Source of the DNA: an uncultured bacterium
Lineage (GTDB): Bacteria > Zixibacteria > MSB-5A5 > UBA10806
Length of the DNA stretch: 64,000 nucleotides
NCBI GenBank assembly: GCA_965541585.1
Contig: CBEUCH010000001.1
Location: 393,460 to 457,459 of the forward strand
Reading direction: 5' to 3'
The notes below the pieces were generated by a model. It did not search any database. It had not been told where the DNA came from and saw only the letters and a program-made list of their open reading frames with translations. Position 1 is the stretch's first letter. The number at the start of each line of letters is the position of its first letter. This document shows, piece after piece, positions 38,890 through 48,349 of the stretch. The position numbers and the translations under genes are program-made.

Positions 38890-39345
38890 ATGAAAGTAAT
38901 ATTAAAAGATGATCTTGAGAATCTGGGCTCCGCCGGCGACGTGGTGGAGGTCGCCGATGGTTTTGGAAGAAATCACCTGCTATCCAAAAACCTAGCGGTG
39001 CGGGCCACCAAGGGCAATCTGAGATCAATCGATGAAATCAAAAAACAAAAGCGGCTGCGGGACAATAAAAGAAAACGGGACGCCGAGAAGATCAAGGATA
39101 AGCTTGAAAAGCTATCATTGACAGCAGAGGTTAAAACCGGCGAGGACGACAAGGTATTCGGATCCGTTACGGCTGCGACCATCGCCTCCCTCCTCACCGA
39201 TCAGGGATTCGAAATAGACCGCCGAAGGATTATTCTGGCGGAACCACTGAAGGCCCTGGGCGTGTATACCATAGATGTGAAGCTTGCCAGCGACGTGGTA
39301 GCCGGAGTAAAGCTCTGGGTGGTTAAGAAAGAGGAACAGATTTAA
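38890..39345 (+). CDS. rplI: 50S ribosomal protein L9
   Basis: MKVIL..LG..GDVVEVADGFGRN, KVFGSVT, LKALGVY. Confidence 0.97.
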   Translation: MKVILKDDLENLGSAGDVVEVADGFGRNHLLSKNLAVRATKGNLRSIDEIKKQKRLRDNKRKRDAEKIKDKLEKLSLTAEVKTGEDDKVFGSVTAATIASLLTDQGFEIDRRRIILAEPLKALGVYTIDVKLASDVVAGVKLWVVKKEEQI

Positions 39346-39357
39346 CTGCAGGGATGA

Positions 39358-39549
39358 TTTGAGACACATCGGCGGGAAAGTGCGGAAAGGCGCCGTGGAT
39401 CCGGGGCGGCTCTTAAGTCAGCAGGCCATATTTTCAGGGTCCTGAAAGAGAGGTTTAGCATGGATAATACTATCACCGTTGAGATCGGCCCCGATCTCAG
39501 AGTTCACGCGGGCCCGGGAACCTGCGATGTATTCTTCATGAAAGGATAA
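39358..39549 (+). pseudogene. Probable remnant of a DegV-family gene (3' end only), or a 29-aa small ORF from ATG 39460
   Basis: Open frame ending ..TVEIGPDLRVHAGPGTCDVFFMKG*, resembling the DegV C-terminal IGPxxxxHxGPG motif; TAA overlaps the next ATG; in-frame TGA at 39355. Confidence 0.5.
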
Positions 39550-40049
39550 TGATGGGATCTCCAAAAATGATCAAATCCAAAATAGGAGGCCTGGCGCTCG
39601 ATGTCACTACTAATTCGCCCGTGGTGACAGTCAAACCGATTGACTCAGAGAAGATTCTGCCGATCTGGATAGGTCATTATGAAGCCTGGGCCATAGGAAT
39701 GGAGATTTCGGGTATAGCGCCCAAAAGGCCTCTCACGCATGATTTGATTAATTCGCTCGTGACTGCCATGGGTGGGAAGATCGTGAGAGTGGAGATAACA
39801 GATCTCAAAGAGCAAACATTTTACGCCAGGATACACGTTTCGCTTAACGGCCAGACAGTGAAGGTCGATGCGAGGCCATCGGATTCCCTGGCGCTGGCTC
39901 TTAAAGCTAAGGCCCCGATCTATGTTAATGAGAAATTATATAATCTAAAGAAGGAACAACTGGAGGATTCCGGCCTGCCCGACCAGGAATCACTGCGAGA
40001 GCGGCTGAGGAAGATGAATCCAGAGGATTTTGGCAACTACAAGTTATGA
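39549..40049 (+). CDS. Bifunctional nuclease family (DUF151)
   Basis: LPIWIG..EA, RPLTHDL, TFYARI, DARPSDSLALAL. Confidence 0.92.
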   Translation: MMGSPKMIKSKIGGLALDVTTNSPVVTVKPIDSEKILPIWIGHYEAWAIGMEISGIAPKRPLTHDLINSLVTAMGGKIVRVEITDLKEQTFYARIHVSLNGQTVKVDARPSDSLALALKAKAPIYVNEKLYNLKKEQLEDSGLPDQESLRERLRKMNPEDFGNYKL

Positions 40050-40552
40050 TCCTGACTCACGACGGTATATCACCGTCGATTCACAGCTCCTGTTTTCTGG
40101 CCCAGGATTGCGTTATCATTGGCGATGTCACCATAGGCGCTGAAAGCTCGGTCTGGTTTAAGGCGGTTATCCGGGGCGACATCAATTATATCAGGATTGG
40201 GAAATGGACAAATATCCAGGATGGTTGTATTGTGCATGTGACGGGGGAAACATCCCCGGCTGAAATCGGGGATTACGTGACTGTGGGCCATGGAGCTATT
40301 CTGCACGGGTGCAAGATCGGGGACAGCTGTCTGATCGGTATGGGAGCGATAATAATGGACGATACCGCTGTTGGCGGAGGATCTTTGATCGCCTCGGGTT
40401 CCGTCGTGAAGTCCGGAATGGAAATTCCACCCGGTTCCATGGTGGCCGGGAATCCGGCTGTGATCAAAAGAAAAGTAGCGAAGGATGAAGCGCGATCTTT
40501 CATTTTATGGGCGAGAAAATACCGAGATTACACGAAGGAGTATCTAAATTGA
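40046..40552 (+). CDS. Gamma carbonic anhydrase family protein
   Basis: Hexapeptide repeats; IRGD, NIQD..VH, VGH..LHGC. Confidence 0.92.
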   Translation: MILTHDGISPSIHSSCFLAQDCVIIGDVTIGAESSVWFKAVIRGDINYIRIGKWTNIQDGCIVHVTGETSPAEIGDYVTVGHGAILHGCKIGDSCLIGMGAIIMDDTAVGGGSLIASGSVVKSGMEIPPGSMVAGNPAVIKRKVAKDEARSFILWARKYRDYTKEYLN

Positions 40553-42369
40553 AATGCGCTTGCGCAATATGCTCTTTGCTGTTTGTGATCCTTTCGCCAG
40601 TGGCGTTGCCCCAGGAGTATATCGATGATCCTTCGGAGGGAATGAAGATTGCAACTATTGACTATCAAAAAGGAGATTACGAGAACGCATATAAGAAATA
40701 TAATTCGCTGGCGAACCGTTATTCACTGGATGGTCACAATAGTGTTTTTCGTTTTATGGCCGCCAAGTCTCTCTATAAAGCAGGCGAATATAAAGCTGCG
40801 ATCAAATTGTTTGATGGTTTCGTATCTGAATTCCCGCAATCCAGATATACCGGGGCTGCCTTTCTGTTCAAGGGACACTCGCTTTATGCGGAAAGCGACT
40901 TGTTGGGAGCTGCAGCGGCATATATCGCGGCTGTCGACGCCGATTCCGATAATACCAGCGCCGATATTTCCCGGAAAAACCTCCGACCACTCATAGATAG
41001 AGGCTTATCAATCTGGCAGCTTGAACAGCTGATCGAGGAACATCCGTTATCCTCCGTGGTGGAGGAAATGGAATTTACCATCGCTTTAAGAGAGTTTGAA
41101 TCGGGTCGGTACAGGAGCGGACTCAAGACGCTGCAATCTTATCACCGGAGATTCCCCGGTGGCAAGCACTCCCGGCAAGCGCGCAGTCTCCTCCAGCGAT
41201 ACATGGAGAGGACGACCGGCAGCCAGGTGATAGGACTCATGGCGCCTCTTACCGGAAGCTACGCAGAATACGGTCGGTCGATGGTGGAGGGAGCCAGACT
41301 CGCCATAAAATATCTTGCTGATGATTCGACAACGCTGGAATTGATTGTGAAGGATACGCAAGGAGACCCGGTAAATGCTGCTAAGGCGGCCGTCAGGCTT
41401 GCAAGAGAAGAGCCGCTGGCCGTTATAGGTCCCCTCAGGTCCGAATCGTCAGTTGGCGCCGCTGTGGTTTTAAACGAAGAAAACATACCCATGATCACGC
41501 CGACAGCTTCCGAGAACGGTATTGCGAGCCTGGGAGCATACATTTTCCAGATATCCCCGGCCATAGATCGGCTCGGGCAGGCTATGGCGACTTATGCGGT
41601 CAACGAGCTCGGGATCACGGAATTTGCGGTAATCTCTCCCGATGATGCGGGCGGGATAGCAGTATCGAAAGCATTTATTCAGACCGTTTATCGTCTGGGA
41701 GGGGAAGTCGTATCAACAAGTTATTATAGACAGGGCGAGACCGATTTCAAACAGCAGATCAGGCCGTTGCGCGAGTTTCTTCTCATGAAAACCGAAGAGC
41801 AGTTGGCAGCCGGCGAGATAGACAGCACAGCTTATATAGACCTTGACGAGATTGATCCGGAGTTTCCTGATTCCGTCGTTCTGATCGACCGCGAAGAATG
41901 GCCGGTCGGGTTGGGCGGACTTTTCCTTCCGGGCTATCCGGATGAGTTGAAACTTCTTATCCCCCAGGTGCGGTATCATATAATACGCCCACAGTTTTTG
42001 GGTGCCGACGGCTGGGATTCGGAGGAGCTGATCAGAGAGGTCAAGCGGTATGTTGGCAACGCTGTATTCGCCACTGACTTTCATGCCGGTTCAGATGAAG
42101 TTAACTGGGTTGAGTTTGCCAATGCGTATACAGCGGAATTCAATCATCCGCCCGATAAAGTGGCTGCGCTTACATTCGACGCCGTGGCCTTGATTCTCAC
42201 GGGCCTTCGTCATGTTGACCCGAGCCCCGAGGAGTTGCGGAAGTATCTGAACAATATCGAGAAGTATCAGGGAGTTTCGTGCATGATCACGTTTAAGGGG
42301 ACGGGTAGAGCGAACAACGAGATACGTATTTATTCAATCAATGAGGGGAAAGTTGCGTCCGGCAGGTGA
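40549..42369 (+). CDS. TPR + periplasmic-binding-fold protein (LpoA/LppC-like)
   Basis: Signal peptide, TPR-like helices, then IGLMAPLTG..VIGPL..GETDF type-1 PBP domain; TTG start with RBS AAGGAG. Confidence 0.75.
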   Translation: MKCACAICSLLFVILSPVALPQEYIDDPSEGMKIATIDYQKGDYENAYKKYNSLANRYSLDGHNSVFRFMAAKSLYKAGEYKAAIKLFDGFVSEFPQSRYTGAAFLFKGHSLYAESDLLGAAAAYIAAVDADSDNTSADISRKNLRPLIDRGLSIWQLEQLIEEHPLSSVVEEMEFTIALREFESGRYRSGLKTLQSYHRRFPGGKHSRQARSLLQRYMERTTGSQVIGLMAPLTGSYAEYGRSMVEGARLAIKYLADDSTTLELIVKDTQGDPVNAAKAAVRLAREEPLAVIGPLRSESSVGAAVVLNEENIPMITPTASENGIASLGAYIFQISPAIDRLGQAMATYAVNELGITEFAVISPDDAGGIAVSKAFIQTVYRLGGEVVSTSYYRQGETDFKQQIRPLREFLLMKTEEQLAAGEIDSTAYIDLDEIDPEFPDSVVLIDREEWPVGLGGLFLPGYPDELKLLIPQVRYHIIRPQFLGADGWDSEELIREVKRYVGNAVFATDFHAGSDEVNWVEFANAYTAEFNHPPDKVAALTFDAVALILTGLRHVDPSPEELRKYLNNIEKYQGVSCMITFKGTGRANNEIRIYSINEGKVASGR

Positions 42370-42373
42370 GTCA

Positions 42374-43213
42374 ATGCAAGCAGCCACTATAAGCAAACTC
42401 GAGAGATTGCAGACGAGGCTGGGAGATTTGAATAAGGTGGTCATCGGTTTTTCAGGGGGAATCGATTCAACATTGCTGCTGAAGGTTGCAGTAGAGACCC
42501 TTGGCCGCGACAATGTCTGGGCGGTCACGGGCGATTCGGAATCGTTCTTGCCGGAAGAGTTGGACTCCTGCCGAAAACTAATAAACGATATAGGCCTGCG
42601 CCCTGAAAATTTCATGGAGATTAAAACCAATGAGCTATCCGACCCTGATTACAGGAAGAATCCGATAGATAGGTGTTTTTTCTGCAAATCAGAACTGTTC
42701 GGCCGTCTTAACGAGATTGCAGGCAATGTCGGCACCTCATATGTGCTTGATGGCTCCAACGCTGATGATTTGAATGACTGGCGACCGGGACGTAGAGCAG
42801 CATCGGAGTTGGGAGTAATCTCCCCGCTGGCCGATGCGGGGATTGACAAGCAGGATATCCGCGAAATGGCAAAAGATCTGGGTCTGCCCAACTGGGACAA
42901 ACCGGCGCTTGCCTGCCTCTCATCGAGGATACCTTATGGCTCGGAGGTGACAGTGGAGAAACTTGATCAGGTGGCGGAGGCTGAACGATTCCTTCGTTCG
43001 CTTGGATTCGGGCAGTTGAGAGTACGCCACCACGATAAAATGGCCCGAATTGAACTCCTGCCCGACGAGATACCGCGAATATTTGAGAATAATCTTGTGA
43101 GCCTCGTAGTCGGAAAGCTAAAATCGATCGGCTTTAAATACGTTACTATAGATCTTCAGGGTTATCGCAGTGGAAGTATGAACGAAGATATAGAAATGGA
43201 TAATAAAAGATGA
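42374..43213 (+). CDS. larE: ATP-dependent sulfur transferase LarE
   Basis: PP-loop FSGGIDST, RCFFCK, DGSNADD..RPG, ACLSSRIPYG, LRVRHH, GYRSGSMN. Confidence 0.92.
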   Translation: MQAATISKLERLQTRLGDLNKVVIGFSGGIDSTLLLKVAVETLGRDNVWAVTGDSESFLPEELDSCRKLINDIGLRPENFMEIKTNELSDPDYRKNPIDRCFFCKSELFGRLNEIAGNVGTSYVLDGSNADDLNDWRPGRRAASELGVISPLADAGIDKQDIREMAKDLGLPNWDKPALACLSSRIPYGSEVTVEKLDQVAEAERFLRSLGFGQLRVRHHDKMARIELLPDEIPRIFENNLVSLVVGKLKSIGFKYVTIDLQGYRSGSMNEDIEMDNKR

Positions 43214-43425
43214 ATGAAGATCCGTCGAAAAGAATAGCCTTAAAAGTAGTGGTCGGCGATCAGACTCGCGAAGTGACATTCGATGAGCTGACCCTTTCCA
43301 ATAATCTCGGCCTGGAGGCCCTGGTGAAGGTACTGGTAGACAAGGGCGTTTTCAAGCCCGAGGAGCTGCAACAGGAGATGGAGCGAATCCGGAAAGAACG
43401 TTACCGCGACCCGTCCAGCGTATAG
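43210..43425 (+). CDS. Hypothetical protein
   Basis: 71 aa, overlaps the larE stop, operonic spacing. Confidence 0.7.
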   Translation: MNEDPSKRIALKVVVGDQTREVTFDELTLSNNLGLEALVKVLVDKGVFKPEELQQEMERIRKERYRDPSSV

Positions 43426-43428
43426 TTT

Positions 43429-43902
43429 GTGAAATCGTTTTCATGGAAATCTCACCCGGCTAAAGAGAGGCGGGTGGCGACTGTTTTTGTATTGCTATTC
43501 ATGCACGGCATATTCTATTTCGTTTTCAGCGTTACCGGCAGTGTGATAATGGTGTTGATCGCAGGATTGATTTTCTTGATAACTCTGTCAACCTATTTTC
43601 TTCCCACCACATACACAGTTGATGAAAAGACGGTCTCTATCAAGTTTCAATTCAGTGCCAAGAAACGCAATCTGTCGGCCTTCAGGATGATGTATCCCGG
43701 CCGGCGCGGTGTGTTGTTATCGCCATTTCTGGGACCGTCGCGGCTGGAGAATTTCCGCGGATTTTATCTGAGATACGGCAAGGACAATAAAACTGAAGTC
43801 GATGAATTCCTCGCCGGACTCCTGGATGACCAAAGACAGGCCCAGGCTCTAGAATCCTCTGGATCCGAGGGAACTGAAACGGAGAAGACCGATGGCGTCT
43901 AA
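43429..43902 (+). CDS. Hypothetical membrane protein (2 TM + PH-like domain)
   Basis: Two hydrophobic helices, then FLPTTY..LLSPF..PSRLENFRG; operonic spacing. Confidence 0.7.
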   Translation: MKSFSWKSHPAKERRVATVFVLLFMHGIFYFVFSVTGSVIMVLIAGLIFLITLSTYFLPTTYTVDEKTVSIKFQFSAKKRNLSAFRMMYPGRRGVLLSPFLGPSRLENFRGFYLRYGKDNKTEVDEFLAGLLDDQRQAQALESSGSEGTETEKTDGV

Positions 43903-44359
43903 ATCAGCGTTCGGGCCACAGGAATTGCCGCCGGAAGAAGAGGAACTCGCTCCCGAGGAGCGGGAGATGCTTCTGAAGATCGGCCAGAAAGTTGTCGATA
44001 TGCGTTTGACCGTTCCGGCCATACTCTTTTTAGAATCTGTCAAGCCGCTCAATTATATAGGCTCCCAGGTGATGGTATTTTTCGAGCCGTTTGTGGGAGC
44101 GATCTTCAGTTTCAGGACTGTACATATGTCCGGAATTGAGCTTAACGAATACGATCTTTTCCGGCGGATGATGGAGAAGCGTGATAATGTCGAGAGATTG
44201 CTGCAGAAAATAGAGGAGCTCGATGCCGTCCAGTACCAGAAGGAACGGGAAATAAAGAAGAAATATAAAGCGGAAAAAAGAGCCAAAAGAAAGCGTTTCT
44301 GGCGCAAGCTCCTGGGCCGGGAATTGCCCGAGGATACCGGGAGTATTGACAGAAAATAG
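43892..44359 (+). CDS. Conserved-looking hypothetical protein
   Basis: PAILFLESVKPLNYIGSQ motif; overlaps the upstream gene. Confidence 0.75.
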   Translation: MASKSAFGPQELPPEEEELAPEEREMLLKIGQKVVDMRLTVPAILFLESVKPLNYIGSQVMVFFEPFVGAIFSFRTVHMSGIELNEYDLFRRMMEKRDNVERLLQKIEELDAVQYQKEREIKKKYKAEKRAKRKRFWRKLLGRELPEDTGSIDRK

Positions 44360-44447
44360 ATTCTGCTCATTTTGATCGTCTAAAAGAATTATCCCGTAGG
44401 GGTCGGGAGCCTTTTACGAGCCTTCGGCGTGCGCACCCAACAAGCGA

Positions 44448-44556
44448 TGTCATTCCCGCGAAAGTCCTACGGATCTGTAAGACGGGAATCCAGCGGGGAG
44501 CAGACATTTCTGGATTCCCAATCAAGTCCTACGGATCTGTAGGATTGGGAATGACA
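44448..44556. repeat. Two-hairpin palindromic element (TGTCATTCCC...GGGAATGACA) carrying two 18-bp insertions
   Basis: 10-bp terminal inverted repeats; hairpins ATTCCCGC-GAAA-GCGGGAAT and ATTCCCAA-TCAAG-TTGGGAAT are each interrupted by TCCTACGGATCTGTARGA (44465-44482, 44527-44544). Confidence 0.85.
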
Positions 44557-44772
44557 CCCGGTTACCGCGAAAAAATATATTGACACCGATGGCGATATTC
44601 GCTTTTGTATATCAATGTCACCCCAGCCTCTGGCGGGGCGGCGGTTTCCCTCCCCCGGGATGATGAGACAAGGATGCTATGTGTGCGTTTGGAATGCTAT
44701 TTCTTGGAGGCTATAGGCGCTAAGGAGTGATTTCCTTATTTCCTGATGCGGAGGAGTTGAAGGCCTTTAAAA

Positions 44773-45813
44773 TTGGAGGATGAATTGAGAGTTTTTAACA
44801 TAGGATTAATTATAACCACTGTGATTATTCTTTCCTGCGCAACCTCGCGAATATCCAATCTAACTCCTATGGCGCTAAGAGATGAACCGTTAATTGAATC
44901 ATATAAAGATCCCGATTTTAGTTTCGAAAACTTTAGGACCTTTAGTGTATTTCCTAAATCATTCATAGATAGTAGTGCTCAGATACAAAATCCCATTTTG
45001 GAAAAGCAAATGCTATTTTTGCTAAGGAACTTTTTTGAAATGAATGGGTACACATTTGTTGATATCAGCGAAAACCCGGATTTTCTGGTTACCATTGATG
45101 GTTCCTCTAATTATAAGGAATCTTATGTGCCCCCACAAACTTATATGCTCCCTAGATGGGTACCAGGGAAAACCAGTACAACATATGAAACAAATAGAGG
45201 GTCATTTAATTTTAGCAATTACGGCGATTATTCTTCATATGGATGGGGTAACTGGACTGGGAATTCTAGTTCTACTACCTATACACCTGGCCACATGTCT
45301 TTCGATTCCTATTCGATTGGCGGATATTATCGTGGATCCTACTATCCTGTTCTATCTGTGCAGGCCTTCGAAGGAAGAGAATTCAAACAGATGTGGTATA
45401 GTATTGGAGTTGGGACGTCTCCAATTTCGGATTTACGAATATCCTGCCAATTTGTGCTGGCCAACATGATTTTTGATGATTTTCCGCCTTATTCAAAGCT
45501 GCCAGACTTGAAGAACGAAAGCACAGGTGCAATTGGGATTGATGTTGCTGTCTTAACGAATACAGGCAATAATTATTATCCATTTATTTCGGCTATACTA
45601 CCATATTCACCGGCATCAAAGGCAGGACTCAAAAAATGGGATATTATCCTGGAAATGAATGGAGTTTCTACCCTAAATAAGCCTTTTATAGAGACATATG
45701 AAATGTTAATGGGTGACGAAAGCACTATTATACGTCTGCGAATAAAAAGATTGGATAAAGAAAAGGAAGTAGAGGTTAGAAGAAAGCCACGTAACGAAGT
45801 ATATAGGGAATAG
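44773..45813 (+). CDS. Putative lipoprotein, DUF4136-like N-domain plus C-terminal PDZ domain
   Basis: Lipobox-like IILSC; DPDFSFENFRTF; PDZ signature AIGID..ILPYSPASKAGLKKWDIILEMNG; AT-rich; the true start may be TTG 44785. Confidence 0.75.
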   Translation: MEDELRVFNIGLIITTVIILSCATSRISNLTPMALRDEPLIESYKDPDFSFENFRTFSVFPKSFIDSSAQIQNPILEKQMLFLLRNFFEMNGYTFVDISENPDFLVTIDGSSNYKESYVPPQTYMLPRWVPGKTSTTYETNRGSFNFSNYGDYSSYGWGNWTGNSSSTTYTPGHMSFDSYSIGGYYRGSYYPVLSVQAFEGREFKQMWYSIGVGTSPISDLRISCQFVLANMIFDDFPPYSKLPDLKNESTGAIGIDVAVLTNTGNNYYPFISAILPYSPASKAGLKKWDIILEMNGVSTLNKPFIETYEMLMGDESTIIRLRIKRLDKEKEVEVRRKPRNEVYRE

Positions 45814-45869
45814 GAAGGAATGCCCTCCGGGGCGGAGCGGAACGTGAATTAAACTGAGGAGCGTAGGAA

Positions 45870-46370
45870 ATGGACGAATATAGAGAAACACGGTTGGATG
45901 ATAATGATGAAAGAAACAAGATTTGGTATGAGATTTACAATGAATCTACTTCATTGCTTGTAGAGATAGATAAAGTCCACCTAAAGCTAGGCGAATTAAG
46001 TTTGCCAAAGATGTCTCCGTTTCGGCTACGCAAAGGGTTTAATTCCATAAAAATAGAAGGGGAGAGTATCTATCCTAAATTAAATAACTGGTTGAATAGA
46101 GCGAGGGATTTTACGGAAAATCCTCATATGGTCATTATGGCAAGAATCGATGACGAGATTGATAGAGCGGTATCATATTTGCATTATGTTTCTATCATAC
46201 AGAATCGCATAAATACGTTAGAAATAAAAACGAATAACTTCCAAAGAGATCTTTACCAAGTGTGGTTACTCGTAAAACACCGAGAATCCTCTTTTTTTGC
46301 GCTTATCTTTTTTTCCGTTGGTATTATTATAGCGGTAGTTAGCACGGTTATCGGAATTATTCGCAGTTAA
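45870..46370 (+). CDS. Hypothetical protein with C-terminal TM helix
   Basis: 166 aa AT-rich ORF with upstream RBS-like sequence and hydrophobic C-terminus. Confidence 0.6.
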   Translation: MDEYRETRLDDNDERNKIWYEIYNESTSLLVEIDKVHLKLGELSLPKMSPFRLRKGFNSIKIEGESIYPKLNNWLNRARDFTENPHMVIMARIDDEIDRAVSYLHYVSIIQNRINTLEIKTNNFQRDLYQVWLLVKHRESSFFALIFFSVGIIIAVVSTVIGIIRS

Positions 46371-46577
46371 TCTTCTGCAATCCTTTGGTCTATACGAGAA
46401 TTCCCTACTCACCAAAACATGGTCTCACCTCACCACCCCGACCCGCTCCGCTACCACCGTCAGGCGGCTTATGTCGCGTTGCACCGTGCCGGTAATATCG
46501 AGGATCGATTTGCGGAAGATCCGTTCGCTGAACCGCCAGAAAGCCGCCCTCCTGGCCCAAAATCCGCAAATCCCCCC

Positions 46578-46606
46578 TTGATTTGCCTTTCCCGTCTGAT
46601 TATTAT
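46578..46606 (+). promoter_or_regulatory. Putative sigma70 promoter of the ALDH gene
   Basis: TTGATT-17 bp-TATTAT. Confidence 0.45.
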
Positions 46607-46690
46607 CGAGTTCGTGGAAAATGGGTGATGTCGGGTTATATGGCCGGACATGAATAAATGAATGAGGTGAAATAATACGGCGGAGGAACA

Positions 46691-48175
46691 ATGGCTGAGA
46701 CTTACAAAAACTACATAAACGGTGAGTGGGTGGAATCGAAGACGGGAGAGACGTTTGAGAATCGCAATCCCGCCGATACGAGCGATCTTGTGGGCGTATT
46801 CCAGAAATCCGGCGCCGAGGATGTCAATGATGCCATCACCGCCGCTTCGGAGGCATATAAGAAATGGCGTCTGGTGCCGGCTCCCAAGAGAGCGGAGATC
46901 ATATACATTATCGGTCAGAAGCTTATTGAGAAGAAGGAAGAGATCTCTCAACAGATGACCCGTGAGATGGGCAAGGTCATCAAGGAGACCCGCGGCGATA
47001 CGCAGGAGGCGATCGACATGAGTTTCCTTTACGCCGGTGAGGGACGCAGGATGTTCGGGCATACGACACCGTCGGAGATGCCCGATAAGTTCCAGATGTC
47101 GATGCGAATTCCTCTCGGCGTGGCGGCCATGATAACCCCCTGGAATTTTCCCATAGCAATACCGGCCTGGAAGATGATCCCGGCTTTAGTGTGTGGCAAT
47201 ACGTGCGTAATCAAGCCGGCCACCGACACCCCCGTTTCGGTTGTCAATTTCATGAAGGTCATGGAGGAATGCGGGATTCCGCCCGGTGTAGTGAATATGG
47301 TTACCGGTTCAGGTACGAGTGTGGGTGAACCGTTAATGACCGATAAACGGGTTAAAGTGGTGTCCTTCACAGGCTCGACCGAGACGGGACGCCGGGTCTC
47401 CGAAGCCTGCGCTTCCGATTTCAGGCACTGCCATCTCGAGATGGGCGGCAAAAACCCCATTATTATTATGGACGATGCCGATGTCGATCTGGCGGTTGAC
47501 GGCGCCGTCTGGGGCGGTTTCGGCACCACCGGACAACGCTGCACGGCAGCCTCGAGGGTGATCGTGCATAAGAGAGTATATAAACAATTTCTGGATGGAT
47601 TCGTCAAGCGGGCCAAAGCGCTGAAGGTAGGAAACGGTCTCGATGAATCGATTGAGATGGGGCCGGCGATTTCCGAGAGCCAGATGAACACCGTCCTGGA
47701 ATATATGGAGATCGGTAAGAACGAGGATAAAGCCAAACTGATGTGCGGCGGCGGCCGACTTACCGGCGGCGATTACGATCGCGGCTGGTTTACGCAGCCG
47801 ACAATATTCGCCGATGTCGATCCCCTGATGAGAATCGCAAAAGAGGAGATTTTCGGATCGGTGGTTTCGGTTATTCCATGCGATAATCTGGATCACGGAA
47901 TCGAAATAGCCAACGATACGATCTACGGGCTATCTGCGGCAGTATACACCAGTGATGTCAACAAGGCGTTCCGGGCCATCCGCGATGTTTACACCGGCTT
48001 ATTCTATGTTAACGCCTCGACAATCGGCGCCGAGGTGCATCTGCCGTTCGGAGGCACCAAACATACAGGCAACGGCCATCGTGAAGCGGGCACGGCCGCG
48101 CTCGATGTCTTCTCCGAATGGCGTTCTATCTATATCGATTTCTCGGGCAAACTGCAGAAGGCCCAGATCGACTAA
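46691..48175 (+). CDS. NAD(P)-dependent aldehyde dehydrogenase
   Basis: [22 protein letters not shown], catalytic GQRCTA, EEIFG, PFGG. Confidence 0.95.
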   Translation: MAETYKNYINGEWVESKTGETFENRNPADTSDLVGVFQKSGAEDVNDAITAASEAYKKWRLVPAPKRAEIIYIIGQKLIEKKEEISQQMTREMGKVIKETRGDTQEAIDMSFLYAGEGRRMFGHTTPSEMPDKFQMSMRIPLGVAAMITPWNFPIAIPAWKMIPALVCGNTCVIKPATDTPVSVVNFMKVMEECGIPPGVVNMVTGSGTSVGEPLMTDKRVKVVSFTGSTETGRRVSEACASDFRHCHLEMGGKNPIIIMDDADVDLAVDGAVWGGFGTTGQRCTAASRVIVHKRVYKQFLDGFVKRAKALKVGNGLDESIEMGPAISESQMNTVLEYMEIGKNEDKAKLMCGGGRLTGGDYDRGWFTQPTIFADVDPLMRIAKEEIFGSVVSVIPCDNLDHGIEIANDTIYGLSAAVYTSDVNKAFRAIRDVYTGLFYVNASTIGAEVHLPFGGTKHTGNGHREAGTAALDVFSEWRSIYIDFSGKLQKAQID

Positions 48176-48200
48176 TTCTAAGATTGATCTTGATTTGCGT

Positions 48201-48336
48201 GTCACAACTTGTCCCTACGCCCATACGGGCGTCCGTATGGACGGATCTGTAAGATTGTGACCGCATGCAAGATTGTTATATGTATAACATGTAGGGGCGT
48301 CTTACAGATCCGTAGGATATTGCAATACGCCCCTAC
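48201..48336. repeat. Cluster of REP-like palindromes, each interrupted by the 18-bp micro-element
   Basis: GTCACAAC-TT-G[insert 48212-48254]TTGTGAC and GTAGGGGCG[TCTTACAGATCCGTAGGA 48300-48317]TATTGCAATACGCCCCTAC, between convergent genes. Confidence 0.85.
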
Positions 48337-48349
48337 GAGAGGATCTTAT

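Noticed and set aside
39355..39357. In-frame TGA as a selenocysteine read-through codon
   Set aside because: No start codon between the rplI stop and this TGA in that frame, no redox motif context and no convincing SECIS.
44465..44544. Two near-identical direct repeats 62 bp apart read as a mini-CRISPR array
   Set aside because: Only two short copies, the 'spacer' is made of host hairpin arms, further copies are dispersed and inverted, and there are no cas genes.
44580..44590. TTGACACCGAT shared with the tetR promoter at 8309
   Set aside because: An 11-bp match that includes the -35 consensus; no operator palindrome follows, so it is likely chance.
44773..46370. AT-rich genes as integron cassettes
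   Set aside because: No RYYYAAC...GTTRRRY attC structures and no integrase seen.
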